49,299 nucleotides of DNA from Thermoplasmata archaeon (lineage in GTDB: Archaea; Thermoplasmatota; Thermoplasmata; Lutacidiplasmatales; UBA184), in NCBI GenBank assembly GCA_030037855.1, contig JASHPY010000122.1, forward strand, positions 1 to 49,299, in the 5' to 3' direction. The first letter of the stretch is position 1. Each line of letters opens with the position of its first letter. The notes below the pieces were generated by a model. The model ran no database searches. It saw nothing but the letters and a program-made list of their open reading frames with translations, and had not been told where the DNA came from. The translations under genes and the position numbers were made by a program. Below, in pieces: positions 27,452 to 37,344 of this stretch.

Positions 27452-28533
27452 CGCGGAGGCAGGAGGCCCCGGGCGAGCTCCGCCACCACCGAGCGCGACG
27501 CGTCGGTCCGGAACCCTTCGGGCCGCGCGTGGGTCCGGGCGGCCCGGTACCCTCGCACGCGCAGCCCCGAGATCATCGCGGGGAGGCTCGGGGGCATCGG
27601 CAGCGCCAGTTCGGCGGCGAGGCGATTGGCCTCGAAGTAGAACGGCACGTCGGCCGTTACTTCCTCCCGAAGCCGGTCGAGGAAGATCGCGGTCGCCCGT
27701 GGAACCGCGGCGTTGGCCGGAACCTGCATCGCCCGCACGAGGTCGCGGTCGAAGAGCGGACCCAGCCAGAGCGGTCCCCATGGGCCGGCGCCTCCGAGCG
27801 CCGGTCCGGTCCACCGGTCGCGCTCGACCGTTCGGACCGGATCGGAGTCGCCCGGTGAAGCCGGGGCGACCTCGAGGTACGCCCGGACGTGGTGATCGCG
27901 CACGTAGGCGAGCAGCGGACGGACCGTACGTCCCCTCGCTCGAGCCACCCGGGCGAGGTACGCGAGAACGATCCGGAGTCCCCCTTCGGGGCCGAGACGC
28001 CCGCGGACCGGCCGGGCGCCGTACCGGCGCTCGCATGCCCCTTTCTGTACTCCGGCGAGCACCATCATGTCGGTCGCCGTGACGGCGAGCACGCCGTTCG
28101 GCCGGATCGCCGCGAGCGCGGCCTCGACGAACGGGACCGGGCTCCCATACGGGTCGACGTCCACGTAGTCGAAGGTCCCCGCGGGCGGGGGAGACCGCCC
28201 GTCGTGACGGGCGGCCACCGCACCCGGGTACCGTGCGGCATTGGCGACGAGCACCTCGGCGGCGACATCGTTCGCCTCGGTCAACAGGAACGACTCGAAC
28301 ACGCGGCCCTCGTGAAGGAGGCGGAGGCCACGGACCCCGGTCGCGGCCGTGACCTCCCAGCCCGCGAGCCGTCGCGTCCCGCGCGCGGACCAGGCCACGG
28401 CGAACGAGACCGCGAGGTCGCGGTCGCCGGCCATCGCGGGATTGTAGAATATCGGCGACCGGGACCTCGGGCCGGGACCGGAACGGGACGGAGGAAGGTC
28501 GAGCTCCGTCCCGCCCTCGCGGGACGGGATCAG
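27448..28533 (-). CDS. trm1: tRNA (guanine-26-N2)-dimethyltransferase
   Basis: FYNPAM..DRD, AATGVRGLR, DVDPYGSP, VTATD, GPLWLGPL, RTHA..GFRTDA. The conserved REG...FYNP segment lies upstream of the first ATG (28434), so the start is placed tentatively at CTG 28533. Confidence 0.88.
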   Translation of the reverse strand: MIPSREGGTELDLPPSRSGPGPRSRSPIFYNPAMAGDRDLAVSFAVAWSARGTRRLAGWEVTAATGVRGLRLLHEGRVFESFLLTEANDVAAEVLVANAARYPGAVAARHDGRSPPPAGTFDYVDVDPYGSPVPFVEAALAAIRPNGVLAVTATDMMVLAGVQKGACERRYGARPVRGRLGPEGGLRIVLAYLARVARARGRTVRPLLAYVRDHHVRAYLEVAPASPGDSDPVRTVERDRWTGPALGGAGPWGPLWLGPLFDRDLVRAMQVPANAAVPRATAIFLDRLREEVTADVPFYFEANRLAAELALPMPPSLPAMISGLRVRGYRAARTHARPEGFRTDASRSVVAELARGLLPPR

Positions 28534-29087
28534 TGCGACCGACCCGTGATGAGATGCACGATCTTGAACGCGAGGAGGTTCTTGTTGATCGGCGTCACTT
28601 CGAGCAGTCGTAGTTCGTCCCTTCGGCGGATGTCCTGGAGGAGGGGGTTCCGGGACTTCTTGTGCAGGGTCATCACGATCGATTTCTTGGCATCGAGGGT
28701 CTCGACGACGGCCTTGGTGAACAGCTCGCTCTCGACCTCCATCTTACCGACCTCGTCGATGACGATGACGTCCGCGGTCTCTCGCGCCTCGGCGAGGGCG
28801 CGCGTCCCCACGCCCTCGAGCGCGGCGAGGTTGACCCCGTAGCGGCCCGAGCGCACGCGGGACTTCAGCGACTCGTGCGCGAAGACCTCGTGCTCCTTCG
28901 TCAACCAGTTCGTGATCTGGAACCCGGCACGGCGCTGCTTCTCGACGATCGGCTCGGTCACCATCCCGCCGACCCGCACGCCCTCCTCCTCGAGCAGCTC
29001 GATGATCCGCAGCAGGGTCTGGGTCTTCCCTGACCCCGGAAGGCCGGTGATCCCGATCTTCACGGGGGGAGAGAGACGTCGAGGCAT
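28530..29087 (-). CDS. Nucleoside-triphosphatase (THEP1/COG1618)
   Basis: GITGLPGSGKT, VGGMVTE, GRYGVN, IVIDEVGKME. Start 29087 or 29114. Confidence 0.92.
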   Translation of the reverse strand: MPRRLSPPVKIGITGLPGSGKTQTLLRIIELLEEEGVRVGGMVTEPIVEKQRRAGFQITNWLTKEHEVFAHESLKSRVRSGRYGVNLAALEGVGTRALAEARETADVIVIDEVGKMEVESELFTKAVVETLDAKKSIVMTLHKKSRNPLLQDIRRRDELRLLEVTPINKNLLAFKIVHLITGRSH

Positions 29088-29124
29088 ACGCGATAACACC
29101 GTTAGTGCCGTCATCTAGGGCCGC

Positions 29125-29775
29125 GTGCAATATGAGCGTATCCCCGTGACGCGCCGTAGGACTGACCGGCGATCGCCGGTCCCCCCTCTCGACACCCTCT
29201 CGGACAGCGTCTATCCGCCGAGGGAGGACTCGTTCCTGCTGCTTCCGTTCGCTCGGGTCGCGCCGGGCAGCACGCTCCTCGAGGTCGGCGCGGGGAACGG
29301 AGCGGCGGCGCTCGAGGCGGCCCGCGGCGGGGCGCGCGTGACCGCGACCGACCTCAACCCGACCGCCCTCGTCCAGTTGCGCGCGCGGGCGCTCGCGGAA
29401 CGCCTCGACCTCGCGGTCGTGCGCACCGATCTCGCCCGCGGTCTCGGGCGATTCGACCGCATCCTCTCGAATCCCCCGTACCTCCCGACCCGACCCGAGG
29501 AGCGGGACCCCGACCGCTGGCTCAACCTCGCGTTGGACGGCGGCGCGGACGGCTGTGCGGTGCTCGCCCGCCTCCTCGACGACCTGCCGTCCCATCTGGC
29601 TCCCGGGGGGGCGGCGTACGTGGTCGTCTCCTCGCTCCAGTCGGTCGAGCGACGTCGGGCGATCCGGCGTCGGTGGAGCGCGCGAGGCGGAAGCTGCCGC
29701 TCGGTGGCCCACCGTGAACTCGAGGGCGAACGACTCGAAGTGTGGCGCTGGTCTCGGGAAAGGCTCGGGACCTAA
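29125..29775 (+). CDS. HemK2/Mtq2-type (release factor glutamine) methyltransferase
   Basis: VYPPREDSFLL, LEVGAGNG, TDLNP, SNPPYLP, ALDGGADG. Start uncertain. Confidence 0.85.
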   Translation: MQYERIPVTRRRTDRRSPVPPLDTLSDSVYPPREDSFLLLPFARVAPGSTLLEVGAGNGAAALEAARGGARVTATDLNPTALVQLRARALAERLDLAVVRTDLARGLGRFDRILSNPPYLPTRPEERDPDRWLNLALDGGADGCAVLARLLDDLPSHLAPGGAAYVVVSSLQSVERRRAIRRRWSARGGSCRSVAHRELEGERLEVWRWSRERLGT

Positions 29776-30602
29776 CGGACGCGCCCGGCGTGGTCGAGGA
29801 CCGCGGCGAGGAAGCGACGTCCGTCCCCGATCCCCTCCGGGCCCCCGTTCCGAGACCAGTCGGGGTACTGGGCGCGGAAGAACGATCGCTCGGGGTGCGG
29901 CATGAGGCCGAACACGTTCCCCTCGGGGTTCGTGAGTCCGGCGACGTTCCCGATCGAGCCGTTCGGGTTCCACGGGTAGCGCGCGGGTCCCCCGTCGGGG
30001 GCGACCCATCGGAACAGGACCTGGCCCGAGGCATCGAGCTCCCGTAGCCGCGCCTCGCCGTCGCCGGCGAGCACGAGCTTTCCCTCCGCGTGCGCGACCG
30101 GGATCATGAAACGCGTGCCCCGGGGCGTGTCCCGCAGCGGCGGGAACCGTCCGCCCGACCACTCGAGGAACGTCGGCCGGCACTCGAAGTGTCCGGAGTC
30201 GTTCGTGAGAAGGGCGGCCTCGGGCCGGCCGAGGCGGCCCCCGGCATGGCCGGGGAGGAGTCCGAGCTCGACGAAGACCTGGAAACCATTGCAGATCCCT
30301 CCGGCGACCCGACCGGATCGGACGAACATCTCGAACTCGTCCCCGATGGCCGCGCGGAGCCGGGCGGCGAAGATCGCTCCCGCCCGCACGTAATCGCCCG
30401 CCGAGAACCCGCCGGGGACGAACAGCGCGTCGTAGTCATCGAGGTGACGTCGCTCGTCCGCGCCGACGTCCCGACCCTCGAGCTGTTTCAACGACACGAT
30501 CTCGGGCTGGGCGCCGAGGGTCGCGAGGGCGACGCGGAGCTCCTCGTCGCAGTTCGTTCCTTCGATCGACAGGATGGCGGCCCGTAGCTTCCGGCGCACC
30601 AC
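29772..30602 (-). CDS. purQ: Phosphoribosylformylglycinamidine synthase subunit PurQ
   Basis: GTNCDEE, PGGFSAGDY, GICNGFQ, PVAHAEG, NPNGS, MPHPER. Start GTG 30602 or 30599. Confidence 0.95.
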   Translation of the reverse strand: MVRRKLRAAILSIEGTNCDEELRVALATLGAQPEIVSLKQLEGRDVGADERRHLDDYDALFVPGGFSAGDYVRAGAIFAARLRAAIGDEFEMFVRSGRVAGGICNGFQVFVELGLLPGHAGGRLGRPEAALLTNDSGHFECRPTFLEWSGGRFPPLRDTPRGTRFMIPVAHAEGKLVLAGDGEARLRELDASGQVLFRWVAPDGGPARYPWNPNGSIGNVAGLTNPEGNVFGLMPHPERSFFRAQYPDWSRNGGPEGIGDGRRFLAAVLDHAGRVR

Positions 30603-30625
30603 GGCCGGCCAGCGGGGGCCCGCGC

Positions 30626-31894
30626 TTAACCGTTGTCGGGCGGCGGCGACACGCCGGCGCCCGGCCCGAGCGGGGGGTCGAGCCGGTAGACGCGGATGGT
30701 GGAGCCCGCCTTGACCCGACGTCGGCCGGGGGGGAGCATCGCGTAGGCGGTAGCGCCCGCGAGGCTCGTGATCACGGACGAGCCGCGGAACGTGCTGAAT
30801 GCCCGACCGTCCCGGAACTCCAGCGGGACGATGGTCGAGAGGCCCGGCGTCATCGCCACCGCGTCGCTGCCGAGCACCGCGGAACCCTCCGTCCAGCCCG
30901 GACCGGCACGATGGCCGAGGCGGCGCAGCACCGGGAGAACGAGCCAGTACATGTTCACGAGGCACGAGGTCGGGTGCCCGGGCATGCCAATCACGAGCTT
31001 TCCGTGCGCGTCGGCGGCGAGCGTAGGTTTCCCCGCCCGGACCGCGATCCCGTGGAAGAGCACGCGGCCGAAGTGCGGCAGGATCCGTGGCAGGTGGTCG
31101 CGCTCCCCGACCGAGCTTCCGCCGGTCGCGAGCACGAGGTCGGAGGTCGCGAGCGCCCGGCGGATCGCGGCCTCGATGCGTCGGGGGTCGTCCGGTAGCG
31201 GGGGCTGCGGGCGCGCGACCGCTCCGGCGGCGGTGATCACGGCCGAGAGGGTCGCGTTGTTGCTTTCGTAGATCCGCCCCTCGACCTCGGGGTCTCCGGG
31301 GGCGAGCAGCTCGTTACCGTTCGGCACGATCGTCACGACCGGTCGGGCGAAGACACGGACGTAGGGGATCCCGCACGCCGCGAGGGTCCCGAGAGCCGTC
31401 GCGGTCAGCCCCTCGCCCCGTCGGACCAGCACCTTGCCTCGAGGGAAGTCGTGGCCGGGTGGGGAGAACCGGTCCCCGGGTGCGACCGGCCGGAAGAGGC
31501 GGACGCGATCTCCGGACCGTTCGACCACTTCGAAGATCACGATCGCGTCCGCGCCCCGGGGGAGCGCGCCGCCGGTCGCGATCGCGACCGTCTCCCCGCG
31601 GGCCAGACGGCCGGGATAGGCCTGCTCGGCGAACACTTCCCCGACGATCCGCAGCTCGACCGGACGACGACGGCTCGCGCTCCGGGTATCCTCGGTCCGG
31701 ACCGCGTAGCCGTCCCACGTCGCCCGGGGAAAGCTCGGAACCGGTCGCGTCGCCCGGTAGGTCGCGGCGGCGATCCGACCGAACCCGGCGTCGACCCGGA
31801 CCCGCTCGGTCCGCTCGACGGGGCGCGCATGAGCAAGCAGCCGGCGGCGAGCCGTCTCGACGCCGATCAGGTGCCCGAACGCATGCATCTCCAT
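30626..31894 (-). CDS. moeA: Molybdopterin molybdotransferase MoeA
   Basis: PSFPRATWDGYAV, IATGGALPRGADA, GNEL, TGGSSVGERD, GKPT, MPGHPTS. Confidence 0.93.
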   Translation of the reverse strand: MEMHAFGHLIGVETARRRLLAHARPVERTERVRVDAGFGRIAAATYRATRPVPSFPRATWDGYAVRTEDTRSASRRRPVELRIVGEVFAEQAYPGRLARGETVAIATGGALPRGADAIVIFEVVERSGDRVRLFRPVAPGDRFSPPGHDFPRGKVLVRRGEGLTATALGTLAACGIPYVRVFARPVVTIVPNGNELLAPGDPEVEGRIYESNNATLSAVITAAGAVARPQPPLPDDPRRIEAAIRRALATSDLVLATGGSSVGERDHLPRILPHFGRVLFHGIAVRAGKPTLAADAHGKLVIGMPGHPTSCLVNMYWLVLPVLRRLGHRAGPGWTEGSAVLGSDAVAMTPGLSTIVPLEFRDGRAFSTFRGSSVITSLAGATAYAMLPPGRRRVKAGSTIRVYRLDPPLGPGAGVSPPPDNG

Positions 31895-31909
31895 GCTCGC
31901 GGCTCCCGC

Positions 31910-32791
31910 CTAACGGGCCCCCTCCAGCCAACGCGCGGCCGCGCGCGTTCCGGCGCGCAGGCAGTCGCGCATCTCCTGCCCTTCGAACCACGCCGCGTAA
32001 AAGCCTCCGCGGAACGAGTCGCCCGCGCCGACCTCCGTCCGCACCCGACGAGGTGCGACGGGCGGAACGTGGACGGTGCCGCCTCGATCCCACGACGTGG
32101 CCCCGTCGGGGCCTTCGGTACGAACGACCATCGGGACGCGGGCCAGGAGCCCCTCCGGCCGTCGGACGCCGAGGTAGCTCGCGACCTTCGCGATCTCCGC
32201 CCGGTTCCCGAACAGGATCTCGCTCCCCGCGAGCAGGGCACGCAGACGTCCTCGGTCCCAGCGATAGAAGACCTCCTGCGCCGGGTCCGCCGCCGCCCGG
32301 AGTCCGCGACGTCGTCCCTCGGCGAGGAGGCGGAGCTGGAAGTCCGGGTCGCCGGTCGTGAGGTGCAACCACGAGTACTCGGAGAGCCAGGGTCGATCGG
32401 GCCCGCGCGTCGGCGGGTGCCCCATCGGCCCCTGGTCCATCAGCGTGCGCTGACGGGATCGCCGATCCTCGAGGATGTACGCCGTCGGTGTCGGGAGCCC
32501 GGTGACGCGCTCGACGCCCCGTAGGTCGATATGCGCTCGCTTGAGTCGCTCCCAGAACGGCCCCGGGAAATCCGGACCCACGCGGGCGACGAGCCCGCTC
32601 AGGACGCCGTAGCGGGACGCCGTAAGCACGATGTTCGTGGCCGTCCCTCCGAGCTCCACCCGGTGGGACTCGACCGGCACCGTCCGGTCGTCGGGAGGGA
32701 ACTCGGGGAGTCGTAGGAAGCGGTCGACGTTGACGTGGCCCGAGACCAAGAGGTCGCGCGCCCGACCGTCGATCCCGGTTCGGGTAGCCAT
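31910..32791 (-). CDS. PfkB-family carbohydrate/nucleoside kinase
   Basis: GHVNVD, GGTATN, DPAQE, NRAE, VGAGDSFRGGF. Confidence 0.9.
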   Translation of the reverse strand: MATRTGIDGRARDLLVSGHVNVDRFLRLPEFPPDDRTVPVESHRVELGGTATNIVLTASRYGVLSGLVARVGPDFPGPFWERLKRAHIDLRGVERVTGLPTPTAYILEDRRSRQRTLMDQGPMGHPPTRGPDRPWLSEYSWLHLTTGDPDFQLRLLAEGRRRGLRAAADPAQEVFYRWDRGRLRALLAGSEILFGNRAEIAKVASYLGVRRPEGLLARVPMVVRTEGPDGATSWDRGGTVHVPPVAPRRVRTEVGAGDSFRGGFYAAWFEGQEMRDCLRAGTRAAARWLEGAR

Positions 32792-32881
32792 CGGTGCGGG
32801 CGAGAGCGACCGGGCGCCTTAGCGCTTCGCGCACGCCGCGCGTGTCGCTTAAGCGGTCCGGCCCCTCCGGCCGCGACCGCC

Positions 32882-33973
32882 ATGCTCGTCGAGGGCGCGA
32901 TCCTGGATGCCGACGGCGCGCGACCCGGCTACGTGCGGATCCGTCACGGGCGCGTGCGCGAGGTCGGGCAGCGGGGAACCGACTCCCTCCGGGGTCGCGA
33001 GCGCCGGATCCGCGGGATCGTCGTCCCCTCGCCGGTGAACAGCCACACGCACCTCGGCGACGCGGTCTCGGTCCGGGAGCCGCCGCCCGGTCCGGTCGCG
33101 CGGCTCGTCCGCCCCCCCCACGGCTACAAATTCCGCTTGCTCGCGACGGCGACGCCGGAGGAGAAGCGCCGGGCCCTACGGGGCGCGTTCGCGCGGATGG
33201 CGCACGACGGGGTCCGGGCGGTGGTCGACTTCCGCGAAGAGGGGGTCGACGGGGTGAATCTCCTGCGGAACGCGGCGCGTGGCACGGGCCTACGGACCGT
33301 GATCCTGGGCCGGCCCCTACGACGCCCGATCGACCGCGCGGAGCTCGCCTCCCTGCTCCGGGTCGCCGACGGGGTCGGTCTCTCGAGCGCCCTCGAGGAG
33401 AGCCTCGAAACCCGGAACGCCGTCGCGCGCGCCTGCCGCGCGCGCGGAAAGTACTACGGGTTGCATGCGAGCGAGGCCCGTCGCGAAGCGCCGGACACCT
33501 ACCTCGCCCCGCGGCCCGACCTCCTGATCCACCTCGCGAAGGCGACCTCGGACGACCTCGCGGTGGTCGCCGACGCCGGGGTCTCGGTCGCGGTCTGCCC
33601 GCGGTCGAACGCGCTCTTCGGCCGCCAGCCGGACCTCGCCGCGATGGAGCGAGCGGGCATCTCGATGCTGCTCGGCACCGACAACGCGATGTTCCACGCG
33701 CCGTCGATCTGGCGGGAACTCGAGTTCGCGTACGTCGCGACGCGCCTGCGGGGACGGCCGGTCTCGGCGGCGTTCCTCGCGCGCGCCGCGCTCGTCGAGC
33801 CGTGGCGCTGGCTCGGCGAGCTGGACGCGGCGCGGGTCGCGCCCGGAATGCCGGTGCCGCCGCTCGTGCTGCGGCTCCCGCCGGACGACCCGGCCTACCA
33901 GGTCGTGACGCGCACGACCGAACATCTTATCGTTCCGGTCGAGCCCCGGGGCCGGGCGACGATCGGTCCGTGA
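32882..33973 (+). CDS. Amidohydrolase/deaminase family protein (COG0402-like)
   Basis: NSHTHLGD, DFREEG, LHASE, LIH, CPRSN, LGTDN. Confidence 0.88.
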   Translation: MLVEGAILDADGARPGYVRIRHGRVREVGQRGTDSLRGRERRIRGIVVPSPVNSHTHLGDAVSVREPPPGPVARLVRPPHGYKFRLLATATPEEKRRALRGAFARMAHDGVRAVVDFREEGVDGVNLLRNAARGTGLRTVILGRPLRRPIDRAELASLLRVADGVGLSSALEESLETRNAVARACRARGKYYGLHASEARREAPDTYLAPRPDLLIHLAKATSDDLAVVADAGVSVAVCPRSNALFGRQPDLAAMERAGISMLLGTDNAMFHAPSIWRELEFAYVATRLRGRPVSAAFLARAALVEPWRWLGELDAARVAPGMPVPPLVLRLPPDDPAYQVVTRTTEHLIVPVEPRGRATIGP

Positions 33974-35472
33974 AGTACGACGAGCTGTTCGCACTCCTGC
34001 GTCGCCGGGGGGTCCTCTGGCCGTCAGCGGAGATCTACGGCGGGGCGCAGGGACTCTACGACTACGGGCCGCTCGGAGCCGCGCTGAAGCGTCGGGTCGA
34101 GGAGGCGTGGGCGGCCTGGTTCCTCGGACTCTCGCCCGACTACCACCGGATCGAGCCCGCGGAGATCCTGCCGGAGGCCGTCGTCCGCGCCTCGGGTCAC
34201 CTCGAGAACTTCACCGATCCCGAGATCGTCTGCGAGCAGTGCCACGCGGCGTTCCGGGCCGACACGATCCTCGAGAAGGTCCGTCCCGAGGGCGTCGACG
34301 GGCTCACCCCGACCGAGATCGCCGAGGTCGTCTCCACACACCAGCTCCGCTGCCCGAACTGCGGGTCCCGGGCCCTCGGCGTGCCCCGTGCGTTCAACAT
34401 GATGTTCGGGGTCGATTTCGGGGTCACCGGGCGCGAGCGGGCGTACCTTCAGCCCGAGACCGCTCAGGCGAGCTACCTTTCGTTCGCCCGCATGTGGGAC
34501 GTCGGACGCAAGGCGCTGCCGCTCGGGATCGCGGTCGTGGGCAAGGCCTACCGCAACGAGATCGCGCCCCGCCAGGTACTGTTCCGCATGCGCGCGTTCA
34601 CTCAGGCGGAGCTTCAGATCTTCTTCGACCCGGCCCACTTCGACCTTCCGTTCGACCGGGTGCGGGACGAGTCGCTCCCGGTGCTGCGGGTGCCGCGCCG
34701 CGAGGCCGGAGAGGAGTCGCCCGAGTGGGTCCGCGCGTCGGAGCTCGTCGCTCCGGGCGGGCTCCCCGAGTTCTACGTGTACCATCTCGCGCACACCTAC
34801 CGGTTCTACCGGGACGTGCTGAAGTACCCGATCGACCGGATCCGACTGTTCGAAAAGTCGGACGCCGAGCGCGCGTTCTACAACCGCATCCAGTTCGACG
34901 TGGAAGTCCAGCTCGACAGCCTGCACGGGTTCAAGGAGCTCGGGGCGGTGCACTATCGCGGCGACTACGACCTCGGCCGCCACAGCCAGGGGTCGGGTCG
35001 AGACCTCTCGGTGACGCTCACGAGCGGGGAGAAGGTGCTTCCGCACGTTCTCGAGCTCACGTTCGGGGTCGACCGGAACGTCTGGGCCCTCGCCGACACG
35101 CACCTCTCGAAGGACGGGGAGCGGACCGTCTGGCGGCTCCCCCCGTACCTCGCGCCGGTCCCGGTGGGGGTCTTCCCGCTGATGCCGAAGCACCACTCGG
35201 AGTACGCGCTCCGCCTCGCGGACGACCTCGAGCGGGCCGGCGTGGCCGCGCGCTTCGACGACGCGGGCACGATCGGGAAACGTTACGCCCGGATGGACGA
35301 GGCCGGTACGCCGTACTGCGTGACGGTCGACGGACAGACGCTCGACGGCGACGCGCGGGACACGGTGACGCTCCGAGACCGGGACTCGAAGGCGCAGGAA
35401 CGCGTCCGGGCGGCGGACCTCGCCGGGCGCCTCGGTCCGACCCTCCGCCCTCCGAGGCCGCCGCGGGCGTAG
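33970..35472 (+). CDS. glyS: Glycine--tRNA ligase (archaeal/eukaryotic alpha2 type)
   Basis: EIYGG..GLYDYGPLG, ASGH..FTDP, YLQPETAQ, YRNEIAPRQ.LFRMRAFTQAE, IGKRYARMDEAGTP; GTG overlaps the upstream TGA. Confidence 0.96.
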   Translation: MKYDELFALLRRRGVLWPSAEIYGGAQGLYDYGPLGAALKRRVEEAWAAWFLGLSPDYHRIEPAEILPEAVVRASGHLENFTDPEIVCEQCHAAFRADTILEKVRPEGVDGLTPTEIAEVVSTHQLRCPNCGSRALGVPRAFNMMFGVDFGVTGRERAYLQPETAQASYLSFARMWDVGRKALPLGIAVVGKAYRNEIAPRQVLFRMRAFTQAELQIFFDPAHFDLPFDRVRDESLPVLRVPRREAGEESPEWVRASELVAPGGLPEFYVYHLAHTYRFYRDVLKYPIDRIRLFEKSDAERAFYNRIQFDVEVQLDSLHGFKELGAVHYRGDYDLGRHSQGSGRDLSVTLTSGEKVLPHVLELTFGVDRNVWALADTHLSKDGERTVWRLPPYLAPVPVGVFPLMPKHHSEYALRLADDLERAGVAARFDDAGTIGKRYARMDEAGTPYCVTVDGQTLDGDARDTVTLRDRDSKAQERVRAADLAGRLGPTLRPPRPPRA

Positions 35473-35534
35473 CGGTTCGGCCCGTCCCGAGCGAGGAACA
35501 ACGGATATACCCCGAAACCCCTAGTCGGCGGCAG

Positions 35535-36155
35535 ATGGCGACCGGCGGCGCCCCTCCTCCCCCCCCGAGCGGGGGTTCGAGCCCTCTGTTCCATCGCCAG
35601 TCGCGCTGGCTCGGTCAAGGCTACGCCGACATCACGAAGCTTCGCGAACTCGCAGCGAAGCACGACCGGGCGGCCGGACGGAACAACCAGCGGGCCTCGC
35701 GGATCAACACCAAGATCGAGAAGCTCCGCCACCAGTCGACCCTCCTGCGCGAGAAGGCCCAGCGGGTGCTCGCGGAGATCCCCGAGATCGAGCAGCAGAT
35801 GAAGCAGCACGAGCGGGACATCGAAGCCGGCACGAACCGGGCGGGCGGGGCTCCGGTGGGCTCGGACGTCACGAGCCTTCACTACAAGGTCCGCAAACTG
35901 CAGCAGAAGATCGTGGACAAGCAGCAGAAGGCGCGGACGCTCGAGCATCGGGCCGCGATGAAGACCCAGAAGACCGCCGAGCTCAAGGTGAAGGTCGACC
36001 GGTATCTCGAAGCGGCCCGACTCCAGGAGCAGGAGGCCCTCGCCTATCGACAGCGTGCCGACCGACTTCAGATGATCACCGAGACCGACGTCGCGTCGAA
36101 TCTGAAGGCGAGTGCCGCGCCCCGCGCGGCGGACGACGGTTCCCGGTCGCCATGA
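35535..36155 (+). CDS. Hypothetical coiled-coil protein (206 aa)
   Basis: Strong GC3 codon pattern; two long K/R/E/Q-rich helices; TATA-like GATATA about 30 nt upstream; stop overlaps the next ATG. Confidence 0.75.
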   Translation: MATGGAPPPPPSGGSSPLFHRQSRWLGQGYADITKLRELAAKHDRAAGRNNQRASRINTKIEKLRHQSTLLREKAQRVLAEIPEIEQQMKQHERDIEAGTNRAGGAPVGSDVTSLHYKVRKLQQKIVDKQQKARTLEHRAAMKTQKTAELKVKVDRYLEAARLQEQEALAYRQRADRLQMITETDVASNLKASAAPRAADDGSRSP

Positions 36156-36694
36156 AACTGATCGTCACGGTCGGAATGCCCGGCTCGGGCAAGGACGAGC
36201 TGGTCGCCGTCGCGCACTCGATGGGCCTCGCGACCCTCAAGATGGGCGACCTCGTCCGCGACGAGACCCGGCGCCGGGGCCTTCCGCTCACGAACCAGAA
36301 CGTCGGGCGGGTCGCCTCCGAGGAGCGGGACAAGCACGGCCCCGGCATCTGGGCGCAGCGCGCGCTGCCGAAGCTCACCGAGACCCGCATGCTCGTCGAC
36401 GGCTGCCGGTCGGACAGCGAGGTCTCGGTCTTCCGTCACAACTTCGGCGACCTGTTCGTCCTCGGGATCTTCGCTTCGCCCGAGACCCGCCACGACCGGC
36501 TCGCGTCGCGCCACCGGAGCGACGACGTCGACCTGCAGGACTTCTACGACCGGGACCGACGGGAGCTCAAGTGGGGCATCGGGAACGCCTTCGCGCTCGC
36601 CGACGGGATGCTGGTCAACGAAGGGACCCTCGACGAGTTCCGCCGGAACGCCCGGTCGGTCCTCGAGCGGGTGCTCCGACGCGACGACGACTAG
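36152..36694 (+). CDS. P-loop kinase, UPF0200/dephospho-CoA kinase-like (COG0237)
   Basis: VGMPGSGK, MGDLVRDE, VDGCRS..E, RDRRELKWGIG, VNEGTL. Confidence 0.85.
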   Translation: MKLIVTVGMPGSGKDELVAVAHSMGLATLKMGDLVRDETRRRGLPLTNQNVGRVASEERDKHGPGIWAQRALPKLTETRMLVDGCRSDSEVSVFRHNFGDLFVLGIFASPETRHDRLASRHRSDDVDLQDFYDRDRRELKWGIGNAFALADGMLVNEGTLDEFRRNARSVLERVLRRDDD

Positions 36695-37344
36695 TCCTCG
36701 CCGATCGGCTCTCGGGCCGAGCCGGCGAGCAACTCTCGGACGCCGTCGAACCGCTCCCGGTCGACGATCAGCGCGACCCGCGAGCGGCTCTGGCCGATCC
36801 GCTGGGTGCCCCGGACGAGGTGGCGGTCCCGCGCGCGGGCGAAGTCGCGCGACCCCCGGCCCCCGGCGACCTCTTCGTCCCACTCGATCGCGAACTCATC
36901 GGCCGTCGACGGGGTCGGCGGCTTCCGCGAGACGGCCCGCTCCCGCACCGTGCGGCGGACGAGTTCGAGGTAGCCGATGTTCTCGGTGAACAGCCGCGCG
37001 GTCCGGTCGTCGCTCGGGTCGAGCGGCTCGACCGCCACGTCGCGGCCCGCGGACCACCGAAGGAACTCGACCCAGATCGGGTTCGGCACGCGCGCCTCGC
37101 CGAAACGGCAGAGGCCGCGGACCTCGCTCGTCTCGATCGTGGTCAGCGGTACGAGCGGGTCGGCCTCCGACTCGACGAAGTAGCGTCGCAGGGAGCCGAG
37201 CTCTTCGAGCGAGAGGCCGAGCCCCACGACCTCGGGGCCGAACGACTCGAGCGCGGCGAGCACCGGCCCGACCTCCGCCACGAGCCCCCGGACCGGCGCG
37301 AGCAGGAGGACGTCCGCCCCGGCGCGGAGGCGCTCGGACTTCAC
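36691..37344 (-). CDS. Hypothetical protein
   Basis: 217 aa with a natural alpha/beta pattern and good GC3; GTG overlaps the TGA of the upstream regulator. Confidence 0.7.
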   Translation of the reverse strand: MKSERLRAGADVLLLAPVRGLVAEVGPVLAALESFGPEVVGLGLSLEELGSLRRYFVESEADPLVPLTTIETSEVRGLCRFGEARVPNPIWVEFLRWSAGRDVAVEPLDPSDDRTARLFTENIGYLELVRRTVRERAVSRKPPTPSTADEFAIEWDEEVAGGRGSRDFARARDRHLVRGTQRIGQSRSRVALIVDRERFDGVRELLAGSAREPIGED

